Shown in pieces: positions 10,634 to 19,995 of a stretch of 64,000 bases of DNA. Position numbers and translations under genes: made by a program. Location: the NCBI GenBank assembly GCA_021812985.1, contig JAKAMG010000010.1, positions 7,853-71,852 of the forward strand. Direction: 5' to 3'. Under the pieces are notes generated by a model that worked only from the letters and a program-made list of their open reading frames with translations, had not been told where the DNA came from and did no database searches. The stretch's first letter is position 1; each line of letters starts with the position of its first letter. Origin of the DNA: Bacteroidota bacterium (GTDB lineage Bacteria > Bacteroidota > Ignavibacteria > Kryptoniales > JAKASW01).

Positions 10634-11629
10634 CTATTCACCCGGCTGCCTCTCATACGCCTTAATAACTTTTTCGAAGAGATCATTCGTACGCTCCCTT
10701 ATCACTCTCCTTCCGGGGTCGGCTTCGAACCAGGCAAGTGTCCTTTTCACTCCCTCGCTGAAGGGTATAGTAGACTTGAAGTCGGGAACGAATGCTTTGA
10801 TCTTCGAATTGTCAAAGATCGCGGAGTGTGCCTTGTCGCCGAGAAGCGTTCCCTCGAACGACTTGTCGAACCTGATCAGAAAATCGGATGACACGTGCAC
10901 TATCCTGGCCTCGACGCCGGCAGCTTCCGCGACAAGATTGTATATCTGATCCCAAGTCAGGACCTCGTCAGAAGTAATTGTAAACGGGTGGCCAATCGCT
11001 CTTCGATTGCCGATCAGACCGACGAAGCCCTTCGCAAAATCCTCCGAGTGCGTAATGGTCCACAACGATGTGCCATCGCCATGGACTATCACCTTCTTTC
11101 CCTTCTTCATCCTGTCCACTGCAGTGTATTCATCCCAGCCGCCAATCGCCAGGGGTATGACGGTGTCGTATGTGAAAGAAGGCCTGACGATGGTAATTGG
11201 AAACGCGTCCTCGCGGTAGGCTCTGTTAAGCCTTTCCTCACAGGCTATCTTGTTCCTCGAATATTCCCAGAATGGATTGAACAGCGGAGTAGATTCCGTA
11301 ATGACCGGAAAAGTCGGCGGTTTCTGATATGCTGACGCGGAGCTTATGAAGATGTACTGCCGCGTCTTCCCGCCAAACAGCGCGATGTCTCTCTCCACCT
11401 CCTGCGGAACGTAGGCGATCCAGTTTACAACGGCGTCCCATTGTTCCTCGCCCAATGTCCGGGCAATGTCATCAGGCCTGGAGATGTCACCTGGGATCGT
11501 CCTGGCCCCGGCTATGCTTACTCCCCTCTTCCCGCGATTCAATAGAAAAAGATCCATCCCTCTCTCGACGCACAACCTGCTGACCGATGCACTGATGTTT
11601 CCAGTTCCGCCGATGAAAAGCACTTTCAT
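10634..11629 (-). CDS. NAD-dependent epimerase/dehydratase (extended/atypical SDR)
   Basis: Rossmann motif GGTGNIS, ISSASAY, YSRNK (YxxxK), IVRPS. Confidence 0.85.
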   Translation of the reverse strand: MKVLFIGGTGNISASVSRLCVERGMDLFLLNRGKRGVSIAGARTIPGDISRPDDIARTLGEEQWDAVVNWIAYVPQEVERDIALFGGKTRQYIFISSASAYQKPPTFPVITESTPLFNPFWEYSRNKIACEERLNRAYREDAFPITIVRPSFTYDTVIPLAIGGWDEYTAVDRMKKGKKVIVHGDGTSLWTITHSEDFAKGFVGLIGNRRAIGHPFTITSDEVLTWDQIYNLVAEAAGVEARIVHVSSDFLIRFDKSFEGTLLGDKAHSAIFDNSKIKAFVPDFKSTIPFSEGVKRTLAWFEADPGRRVIRERTNDLFEKVIKAYERQPGE

Positions 11630-11833
11630 ATATTTGTTCCTTACTATTGGGACTTCTTAAACTCACATCTCGCCTGCGAGGGCATTTAAAGATAAGAACA
11701 GCTGTCCGCAATTCCGTCCGGCCGTTATTCTCTGCAGCCTTCAGACTCATTCGGCTCCAGACAACGCCGCCTCCTGGCGTTTCAGATCGTCGACTGAACA
11801 TTTCGGGAAGTAAGATGCCTAGTCAGTACCACG

Positions 11834-12892
11834 TCAAACGTCTTTGCGTGCGCTCTCCATCATGATGAAGAAGGCCTCCCCTTCGGTCGCGGTACCTGGA
11901 TGGTTGAATTCCGGCGAGCCGCAGACTCCCTGAACAAGGCCCAGGTTATCCACCCTGGTGACTGCGGCATCGCGCATCATTTCAGCCTTCGCGAGATACT
12001 CGGCACGTATCCAGCCTCCCTTTACTCCGCGGTAGATCGTGTATGCGAGCATCTGCGATAGATTTGTCTCAACAAACGAGTTCCTGTCATCAACGATATT
12101 ATGGAACAACCCGTCCGGCCTCAAATATGCAAGGCACCCTTCGAGCAGCTCATTAAGGTAACTTACCAGATATTCCCTGTCGCTCTTCATCGAATCTGGG
12201 AGCGCACGTATGACCCTTGAAAGCCCGGCGGCAGTCCATCCGTTGCCTACTCCCCAGAAGTCTTTTCTTACAAAAGCCAATTTGTCGCAATCCCACATAT
12301 GGGAGAGGAGCTTCTTCCCGCCGTCCCAAAGCATAGCGCGTACCCCCCTTACCTGCTTCATCGCCTCATCATACTTGCCAGCGGCGGCGAGAAAGGGAGG
12401 GAGCATGTAGTTGATGTCGCTCCAGACCTGCGGTAGGTTAGTGAAGTGATAAATTATTCCGTCACTGTTTCTGGGAGCTTCATTCGTGACGTAGTTCACC
12501 ATTTTGCTGAAGCCGTCCATGAGGAGCGGGTCCCCTGTTCGCCTCGCCGCCCAAAGCACGGCTTCACCTGGAGAGGCGGCGTCGCTCAGCGCGAACTCCT
12601 CGCCAAGCATTGCCAGGCGTCCGTCGCTCGATTGTCTGAGCACCGCATCCTTGGCCATGAGCACGACCATATCTTCCTCACCGGATTCAAGCATGGCCTG
12701 CATCGCGACGCCCTGCTCCCAGGTAGCCCGCTGCATGCTCAGCATTGCCATCTTCACTCTGTTCACCAAGACGTCATCTTCCCCGATGTGGCGGTCCGGG
12801 CCGGGGTTAAGAACCGTCCTCGCCAGTCCGGATGGAAAGGCCGCCGCCAGAGCGGCGAGAGGAACTCCCGCTACGAAGCTTCGCCTTCTCAT
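11834..12892 (-). CDS. GH88/GH105-like unsaturated glycuronyl hydrolase homolog with Tat signal
   Basis: WEQGV, VWSDINYMLPPFL, LLSHMWD, FWGVGNGW, DGLFH, ETNLSQM; twin-arginine MRRRSFV with GGAGG RBS before ATG 12892. Confidence 0.75.
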   Translation of the reverse strand: MRRRSFVAGVPLAALAAAFPSGLARTVLNPGPDRHIGEDDVLVNRVKMAMLSMQRATWEQGVAMQAMLESGEEDMVVLMAKDAVLRQSSDGRLAMLGEEFALSDAASPGEAVLWAARRTGDPLLMDGFSKMVNYVTNEAPRNSDGIIYHFTNLPQVWSDINYMLPPFLAAAGKYDEAMKQVRGVRAMLWDGGKKLLSHMWDCDKLAFVRKDFWGVGNGWTAAGLSRVIRALPDSMKSDREYLVSYLNELLEGCLAYLRPDGLFHNIVDDRNSFVETNLSQMLAYTIYRGVKGGWIRAEYLAKAEMMRDAAVTRVDNLGLVQGVCGSPEFNHPGTATEGEAFFIMMESARKDV

Positions 12893-13007
12893 GCATCGCC
12901 CTCCAGAATTTGAAGTCGCTGACAGCCGCTTAGATATCCCTTCCCTTCTCAAATGCCGGACAGCACCCATCATTGGAAAAAATCGAGAAGAGAGCCGGCT
13001 TGTTACT

Positions 13008-13043
13008 GAGAAGGCCGGACGCCTCACGGCACCCGGCCCTCTC
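13008..13043 (-). terminator. Intra-operon stem-loop after the T9SS gene (weak terminator or mRNA-stabilising hairpin)
   Basis: GAGAAGGCCGG...CCGGCCCTCTC inverted repeat, no strong adjacent U tract. Confidence 0.4.
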
Positions 13044-13099
13044 CTATTCCATCCGCTGTGTGGCTGTCTTGGCTGCAGACATCCACAAACCGATGCCCA

Positions 13100-15751
13100 C
13101 TACTTAATCAGCATCATCTTCTTGGTCACGGAGTAGTTTCCTGCCTGGAGCCTGTAGAAGTAGACGCCGCTCGCATACCTGCCAGCATTGAAGGTGGCTT
13201 GGTAGCTGCCGGGGCTCTGATAACCCGAGAAGAGAGTTTCGACTTTCTGACCGAGGACGTTGTAAACGGTCAGGGTCACCAGACTCCGCTTCGGAATGGA
13301 ATAATTGATCAGCGTAGTCGGGTTGAACGGGTTCGGGTAGTTTTGCTCGAGCCTGAACGAGGCCGGCAGTCCCGGTGTCACTTTTACAGCAGTCAGTTCA
13401 GAAATCAGTTGCACATAATCGACGTTGGCGTTTCCACCGCCAACGACGAGATCGTGCTGGCCGGCTGTCAGAGTGAACGCAGTCGAGAATATGTCGGAGC
13501 CGGTCGAATCGGCCTTCTTTGGAAGTACTGGGCTCGCAAGAGTCGTTGATCCCTCTTTGATGGTTAAGGTTTGATCAGATCCTGACACGTTCTGACCAAA
13601 TACGCGGAGATGATATGGACCCGCGCTCGCGGCATTTACTCTGAACGTCATGGTTCCGGCCGATCCAAGCTTCACGTACTTGAAGCCCGAAGTGGCAACC
13701 CACTTTAGTCCCACGCTGCCCGGGGTGCAGAACTTCGCAACCGCATCCGGCGCTTTTAGCCTTATAGTGTCAGTACCGCCATGAACGACAAGGTCTACCT
13801 CGGCAAAGTACATCTCGCCCCAACCTCCGGAAAGGACGGCGAGTGTATTCTGACCGGCCTTTAGCGTGAAGGCGGCTGAGTCACCCGGAGACCAAGTGCC
13901 AGTCCCGCCGACGGAGTCCGCTGTGATCGGCACCCATATCCACTGATTGTTCGACAGCCCTGCGGACACCCCGCTTGCTACGTCAAAGACGAACTGCCCC
14001 CACATATGAGCCTTATCATGGACCTGAGTCCCGTTAAACGCAATGACCGGACCGCTCGTTCCCCTGCCGGTTTCATTAACGTACCATCTTGTATCATATT
14101 CGCCCGGCGTCGTGACGTTGAACGTCCAGGTGATGGAGCCTCCACCGTTGTAGTCGTAATAAGTCAGTCCTTTATTCGTATCGACAGCCGCCGTCCCGCC
14201 GAGTGTGGCAGAATTCGCGGCGATCGACGAGTCGACCGGATAAATAATGACCGGTCCTGCTATCTTCTCGATCTGCTGGACATAGCTCGCCTGGTTCGCA
14301 AGGAAGGTTGCCTTCTTCGCGGGGAACCAGTTCAAGTCGCCTATGGGCAGTCCATCGGTACCCGCGGTCATGAGAGTGGCGTCCGTGTAGGTGAAATTCT
14401 CCGGGAGAGGCCAGGTCTCATCGCTCGGGTGCACCGTGGGATGATAGAAGTAGTTGGTCCCGCCTGTCGTCCCCGCCCTCAACTGCGTTATCATGGCCCA
14501 CATGGAATCGCCCATAGTGGCCCCCGTGACGCTATTGAGAGGCTTCTGCCAATCCGCATCGGCCAAAGGATATGTGGCCAATCCCGCGGGAAGGCTGCTG
14601 AGCCAGACAGTATCCTGTATCTTCATGTGGTCGGGGTACTGACTTACGTAATCGAGCACCGAAACCGGATCTATGAAGTACGCCCGCTGGACAGTTGTGC
14701 CATACTTGTTGATGAAGAACGGATCTAGATACGCGTATATGTTCGTTATCACGACTCGTCTTCCCTGTTCGGGTCCGTAGGCCGAGGGAAGAATGCCAAT
14801 CGTAAACAATCCGCTGTACTTCTCTCTGGGATCACGGCCGGAAGATGTAAGGTCTGCCTGACCTTCGCCTTCCCACCACCCGTTGATCACCAGGTTGTTC
14901 GCGAAATACGCATTCTGCCACCAGTCACCTGAACCCGACACAACCCCGCGCCCAACGTTGACGAGAGTGTTGTGATTGAACCTCAGATAATAGATGGATC
15001 CGTTCTCGGCCTGGAAGGCCATGAACCCCATATTGAAGAAGGTATTGTTCTCAATTATCACCGTATCCTGATCCGCCCAGAAGGAGAGACCACGACCGGT
15101 CCACTGCTGAGTGATAGGAGTCTCGAGCAAGTTACGGAATTTGTTATTTGTGACCAGGATCGTGTTCCCCGTTCCGGTCCACGCGAATAGCGAAAAGTTG
15201 CTTTGCTCGAGAATGCAGTTGTCAATCACGAACCTGTGGTTACTCGCGTTGATCTGGCACGGCTGGTAGAAAGTCTGTTTTCCGCTTGAGGTTGTCCGCC
15301 CGGAGATGTAAACATTCTTGATTGTGATATCATGCTGGCCGGTAATCAGGCCTCCCGCGGCAGTTGTTCCATCGGCCCTGAGGTCGGTTTGCTGAAGCAC
15401 GGCGGGCCAGTCGCCGGAAACCGTGTTACCATAAGGTTGGCCAATCAGCCTCAGTGGAAAACCCGTGTTAACTATCGGGTCCGATTCCCAGTAGTAGCCG
15501 TTCGCTTTGAGGACATAGACGCGGTTCATGTTCGCTCTTCCTCCGCTGCTCAAGGTGTCCCCTTTGACCGCAGCGTACAGAGCGTTTATCCTGGGAGTAC
15601 CGTCGGACTTCATCCATGCGACGTACATCGTGTCGCCCGACACCACATTGGTGGTGTCGCTCTGCGTGATTTGCGCCCTGGATTCCTGCATCGGTAGAAG
15701 CAGTACTCCGCCCAACAGCAGCGAAAGCGCAAAATAGAAACGAGCTTTCAT
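13100..15751 (-). CDS. T9SS type A-sorted protein: parallel beta-helix region, two CBM6/35-like modules and C-terminal sorting domain
   Basis: Signal peptide MKARFYFALSLLL; Asn-ladder repeats (IDNCI, TNNKF, IENNTFFN, FNHNTLVN, FANNLVIN); jelly-roll modules SITWTFNV/TMTFRVNA..VDYVQL; CTD LEQNYPNPFNP..ASGVYFYRL..TKKMMLIK. Confidence 0.85.
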   Translation of the reverse strand: MKARFYFALSLLLGGVLLLPMQESRAQITQSDTTNVVSGDTMYVAWMKSDGTPRINALYAAVKGDTLSSGGRANMNRVYVLKANGYYWESDPIVNTGFPLRLIGQPYGNTVSGDWPAVLQQTDLRADGTTAAGGLITGQHDITIKNVYISGRTTSSGKQTFYQPCQINASNHRFVIDNCILEQSNFSLFAWTGTGNTILVTNNKFRNLLETPITQQWTGRGLSFWADQDTVIIENNTFFNMGFMAFQAENGSIYYLRFNHNTLVNVGRGVVSGSGDWWQNAYFANNLVINGWWEGEGQADLTSSGRDPREKYSGLFTIGILPSAYGPEQGRRVVITNIYAYLDPFFINKYGTTVQRAYFIDPVSVLDYVSQYPDHMKIQDTVWLSSLPAGLATYPLADADWQKPLNSVTGATMGDSMWAMITQLRAGTTGGTNYFYHPTVHPSDETWPLPENFTYTDATLMTAGTDGLPIGDLNWFPAKKATFLANQASYVQQIEKIAGPVIIYPVDSSIAANSATLGGTAAVDTNKGLTYYDYNGGGSITWTFNVTTPGEYDTRWYVNETGRGTSGPVIAFNGTQVHDKAHMWGQFVFDVASGVSAGLSNNQWIWVPITADSVGGTGTWSPGDSAAFTLKAGQNTLAVLSGGWGEMYFAEVDLVVHGGTDTIRLKAPDAVAKFCTPGSVGLKWVATSGFKYVKLGSAGTMTFRVNAASAGPYHLRVFGQNVSGSDQTLTIKEGSTTLASPVLPKKADSTGSDIFSTAFTLTAGQHDLVVGGGNANVDYVQLISELTAVKVTPGLPASFRLEQNYPNPFNPTTLINYSIPKRSLVTLTVYNVLGQKVETLFSGYQSPGSYQATFNAGRYASGVYFYRLQAGNYSVTKKMMLIK

Positions 15752-15820
15752 AGTCTTACTTCTCCTTCTCTGGTGATTAGTTAGGGTTTTGTTTATTGCC
15801 ATACTGCTAGCAATCCTCTT

Positions 15821-18811
15821 TTATAACGAGACTCGGATACCGACATCTATTGTCCGCCCGTAGTACTGGAGCGATGACGGGTTTATCTCACGGTAACCGA
15901 GGAGGCTCTCGTCATGCCTGTTGTTAAGATTATTGAAGTTGGCGTAAAGCTGCGTGAAATCGTTCAGCTTCTGCTGAATGGCGAGATCCCAGCGGCCATA
16001 CGCCGATGTGTAAGCGTCCGTAAGTGGCGTCGGACCTATGAAGGTTACCTTATCTGACTGATAGAGGTAGGACAGACGGACCGAGAAACCTTTGAAGTCA
16101 TACCCCATAGTCATATTCAGGAGATGAGCCGGCTGATCTGGCATCCTGTCCGTCTCTGTGATTGTGTAGAGCTTCAGGAGCTGATAGAAACCGTGTCCGT
16201 TTGGGTTCGGCAGTGTGAGGACAGAATCCTTGAACTGCTGAACATTTATGGAAGATTGTATGTATGTCCAGTTAAGATCGAAAATGAGACCCTGCAGGAA
16301 TGAAGGGAGGTACCAGAAGCGCGTCTGCCAGTCGAACTCAATTCCCTTGTAAACAGCCGGGTGTGGATTATTGATGTATGTATCTACCTGCGGCGCCGAT
16401 TTCAGCCATGAAGTCGGTATGTTGAGCTGGGCATTCAGGGCCTTGTACACGTTTGTGTCCATCTGTGGAATCGTCGAATAGAGTACCAGATTGTCTATCT
16501 CTTTGTAGAAGGGGGATATGTTGAGGAAACCGATGTAGTTCTGATAGACCGAGATTGACGCGTCGAGATTCTTAGAACGTGAGTCTTTCAATCCGCCATT
16601 GGCGGCAAACGCGTAGGACCCGTATTGGTTTATGTGTGTGATGGGGGCGTACATGAAATAATCAGGTCGCGTGATGGTCTCGGTCGCAGCCAGATGTATC
16701 GTCAGCCAGTCGAACGGAGTCATCTTGAGATGTATCATCGGGAGCCAAAAGACGTTCGTCCTGACGTTCTCGTTATGCTGCATGTCTGCCGGTGGTTGTT
16801 GGATTCTCCCGTTGGTCACGACTTCACGGAAACTCTGGCCATGGTACCTGGAGTAGTCAGCGTCATACCTCACTCCGGGTAGGAACGTTACGCTGTTGCC
16901 GAACCTGATCTCCGACATTATGTAACCGGCCTGATATCTCTCGATGCCGTCATAGTCGTAACCGAGTGAATTAAGAGCGTAATACATCCAATTCGTGCCG
17001 CCGAGTGTCTGCCAGACGTCAGTCATTTCCTGCATCAGCCTCAGATCAGGAGTCTGCCCAAGCATGTACTTCCCGCCCAGGAAATTCGAAGGTTGATAAT
17101 TGGACGCGAAGCGGTAGAGCGGCCAGACCCCGCCCTTATTTTGGAATATCAGGGTCGAGTCCCTTGCAACGTTGAAGTCCTGCGGATACTTCAACGCGAG
17201 GGCGTGGAGAACATCCGATATTCCCCCCTGCCAGCCGCCACCGTATTGGAGATTGCTGTCGCCCCATTGCTCCTGGTCGTACAACCTGTTCAGCCACCTG
17301 AACTTGCCGCCAGTCTTTACATAGCCCGTTACGTCACTTGTAATCTTGAAGGGAATTTCGAAATTGAATTGCACCGCCCTTTGTGTCTCGTTAAGTTTGG
17401 AATTGAGGATGTAGAGTTCCTGAAGACCAGTTCCAATGGTGTCAGGAGTTTCAAGTTTGTACACCGAATCGAGGGGCATTGCCGCCGTAGGCGTCCCACT
17501 GGATGCGGAATACTCCTGCACAAAATGCCACTGGTAGTCATTGGGTTCCTTTGTGCTGGAGCCGGTAACCGAGTAACTCACATCATACTTGATCCACCCG
17601 AAGTCCTGTCTGATTCCGAGATCGCTTGTGTAGAGAGCGGTGGTCGAGACGTTGGACTCCAGTTGGTAATAGTGACTGTTGTGCTGGAAGTCCAGATAAT
17701 CCTGCCTGTAAACGCCGTCGGTCTTCGCCTGGCTGTAAAATCCGTTGCCGGTTATTTTCCCCATTGGGATCCTGTAATCCGCAAGCAGGCTCCCGCCAAG
17801 GCGATTCTTCATTGCCGCCTCGTTTCTCAGGGTCAGGTTGGTGACTTGAATGTCATCGGCGATGAAATTTGAGGCCGTGGTTGTATAACTTGCGTTGAGC
17901 TTGTCCGCATCACGGTTGTTCCTGTCTGCGTTCCCGCTCGCGATGATCCCGAGTTTGTTCTCCATAAACCTGCCGCTTAAACTCAGGCTGGTGCTGTAAT
18001 TGCCATAATAATTCCGCAGGGAGCTGTACCCCCCTTGGGCCGTGGCATCGGCATGCAAGCCTTGCGGAGCCTCCTTCAAGTGAAGGTCCACTGTTCCACC
18101 AAGCGCGTCCGCGTCCATGTCTGGAGTGTTCGCCTTCTTCACGCTGATCGCGTCGAGGAGATTTGACGAGATAAGTGACATGTCGACGCTCCTGTCCTGA
18201 TCATTTGTCGCGGGGAGCGCCACGCCGTTGATCGTGATCGTATTGTACTTCGGCGCCAAACCGCGAATGCCTACTCCAGTCGCCTCGCCGTTATATCTGT
18301 CTATCGAAATTCCCGGAAGACGCCCGATCGACTCTGCCGCACTGGCATCAGGCAACTCTTGAATGCGTGCTTTTGACACGACGCTCTCTATCGTATTGGA
18401 CGACAGTTGCTGGTTTATCGCGCCGAGTTGTCCGCTGGCCTGCGCTGTCACGGTGACTGCCTTGCCATGTATCGCGGCCGGTTCAAGGTATATGTCCCTG
18501 GACACTTCGCCGTTCTCCACCACCGTCACAACAACGGTCGTGGAGACATAACCAACATATGAAACCACGAGCGTCTGAGAGCCCGCCGGCACGACCGGTA
18601 TGTTGTATTCTCCGTTTAGGTTCGAAGCGGCACCGAGGCTCGTCCCCTTGACGAGTACAGTGGCGCCGGGGAGCGGCTCTCTCGTCTCACGATCGAGTAT
18701 CTTTCCCTTGACAATGCCAGACCCCGCCGCCATGACGGTCTGCGCAATCAAGAGCAGCACGCATATTGCCGATAGCGCGCGCACCTTAGTTCCGTAACCA
18801 ATGCACGACAT
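15821..18811 (-). CDS. TonB-dependent receptor, non-SusC carbohydrate-uptake type, with N-terminal CarboxypepD_reg-like domain
   Basis: EPLPGATVLVKGT, LPDASAAESIGRLPGIS, IRGLAPKYN, KANTPDMDADALGGTVDL, C-terminal YGRTIDVGIRVSL. Confidence 0.92.
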   Translation of the reverse strand: MSCIGYGTKVRALSAICVLLLIAQTVMAAGSGIVKGKILDRETREPLPGATVLVKGTSLGAASNLNGEYNIPVVPAGSQTLVVSYVGYVSTTVVVTVVENGEVSRDIYLEPAAIHGKAVTVTAQASGQLGAINQQLSSNTIESVVSKARIQELPDASAAESIGRLPGISIDRYNGEATGVGIRGLAPKYNTITINGVALPATNDQDRSVDMSLISSNLLDAISVKKANTPDMDADALGGTVDLHLKEAPQGLHADATAQGGYSSLRNYYGNYSTSLSLSGRFMENKLGIIASGNADRNNRDADKLNASYTTTASNFIADDIQVTNLTLRNEAAMKNRLGGSLLADYRIPMGKITGNGFYSQAKTDGVYRQDYLDFQHNSHYYQLESNVSTTALYTSDLGIRQDFGWIKYDVSYSVTGSSTKEPNDYQWHFVQEYSASSGTPTAAMPLDSVYKLETPDTIGTGLQELYILNSKLNETQRAVQFNFEIPFKITSDVTGYVKTGGKFRWLNRLYDQEQWGDSNLQYGGGWQGGISDVLHALALKYPQDFNVARDSTLIFQNKGGVWPLYRFASNYQPSNFLGGKYMLGQTPDLRLMQEMTDVWQTLGGTNWMYYALNSLGYDYDGIERYQAGYIMSEIRFGNSVTFLPGVRYDADYSRYHGQSFREVVTNGRIQQPPADMQHNENVRTNVFWLPMIHLKMTPFDWLTIHLAATETITRPDYFMYAPITHINQYGSYAFAANGGLKDSRSKNLDASISVYQNYIGFLNISPFYKEIDNLVLYSTIPQMDTNVYKALNAQLNIPTSWLKSAPQVDTYINNPHPAVYKGIEFDWQTRFWYLPSFLQGLIFDLNWTYIQSSINVQQFKDSVLTLPNPNGHGFYQLLKLYTITETDRMPDQPAHLLNMTMGYDFKGFSVRLSYLYQSDKVTFIGPTPLTDAYTSAYGRWDLAIQQKLNDFTQLYANFNNLNNRHDESLLGYREINPSSLQYYGRTIDVGIRVSL

Positions 18812-19339
18812 TTGCTTCTCCCTAAGTTTTTGAACGGCCCGGTTACTTCCTACATTTCTTTTCCCCTACATCTTCAGATAGTGGTGCGAAATACACACGC
18901 ATTTGGCGTCCGTCCATCCGCAGGCACGTTGCCCCGGACGCATCAACGGAGCCAGGAGTATGATATAAGACCGGTATGATGCTGAAGGAAACTCTGGTGT
19001 GGGATTTGTTCCTAAAGGGAGCGTGACTTGAAAGAGTCCCCGTCGATGCCGTGCCGTGACGGCATCCTGCTTAAGGACACTTCGCGAAGCGGCATGTCCA
19101 CCCGTCTCCTGGGGTGGAAACATGTTAGAACACGGCGGACTTTCGCTTCGCCGTAAACTGGAATTAGGCTGCGCAGTGCCCGCGCGCAGTGCCCTACGCT
19201 GTACCACTTTAGTTGCCTCCCTGGCATTGCAACAGGCGCCTCGAATGCGCCGATTAACAACGATACGCCCGCCTATCAGACGAGCACGGCAGAGATAATC
19301 TGCAGCAATCTAATGGTGGTTGTGAAGCACGACAGTGGT

Positions 19340-19368
19340 ATTATACGAGGTGGGAAATCTTCATGCAA
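19340..19368 (-). promoter_or_regulatory. sigma70-type promoter of the PUL
   Basis: Minus strand TTGCAT-17 bp-TATAAT. Confidence 0.65.
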
Positions 19369-19466
19369 GTCTTTTTTCCTGGAGCTGATTCCCTGGACAA
19401 ACGGCCGTAGGACTTCCGCCATCGATATTTCGCATGAATATGAAACAGGTCGGTCTCGCTGAGACA

Positions 19467-19495
19467 GTTAACACTTAACGATCTTAACCGGTAAC
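19467..19495. promoter_or_regulatory. Quasi-palindromic TTAAC-rich putative operator
   Basis: GTTAACACTTAACGATCTTAACCGGTAAC: four TTAAC/GTAAC units with partial dyad symmetry, ~100 bp upstream of the PUL promoter. Confidence 0.35.
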
Positions 19496-19995
19496 TTGCC
19501 TGTCTGAGTCATGGGCGCGTGGGAAAGAGGAAATAACCGTTCCACAATTACCTCTTCTGTCTCTCCACGTGCATCTCGTTCGACTGTCGCCGGGAAGGGA
19601 AAATTGACTCGGACAATCCGTTCAGGCCCGTCGCGGACTCCTTGCACCAACACAAATCATCCTCGGTGTCGCTCTTAAGCGACGCCGGGTGGCTATTATT
19701 CCGGTCTCTCCAAGAAAAGCCCTGGCCCGTCATTGCCCGCACGGAAACGCTGCCGAGATCTGAAATTGTCAGTTTCAGACCGAGGAAAAAGAACGAATGT
19801 GTCGGTAACGTGGGCATGGAGGACGCGATATTCGTTCTCATAACGCCGCCCCTGAACGTCGTCGTCTCCAACAGACCCAAGTTTCAGAGCGGTTATCTCG
19901 TGGCAGCCGATCGATGGATACGAGACAAGTGAAGAGGAATTTGGGGACAATTTCACGAGAGTTGTTTTTCTACTCTCTCATTTTTATTTTATCAA

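Noticed and set aside
18866-19298. ORFs within the PUL leader
   Set aside because: Arg/Ser/Pro-rich composition typical of non-coding GC-rich sequence; no RBS
19500-19956. Several overlapping short ORFs (19548-19880 -, 19642-19932 +, 19696-19956 -)
   Set aside because: No recognisable motif, RBS or preferred frame; left unannotated, though a small or decayed gene cannot be excluded
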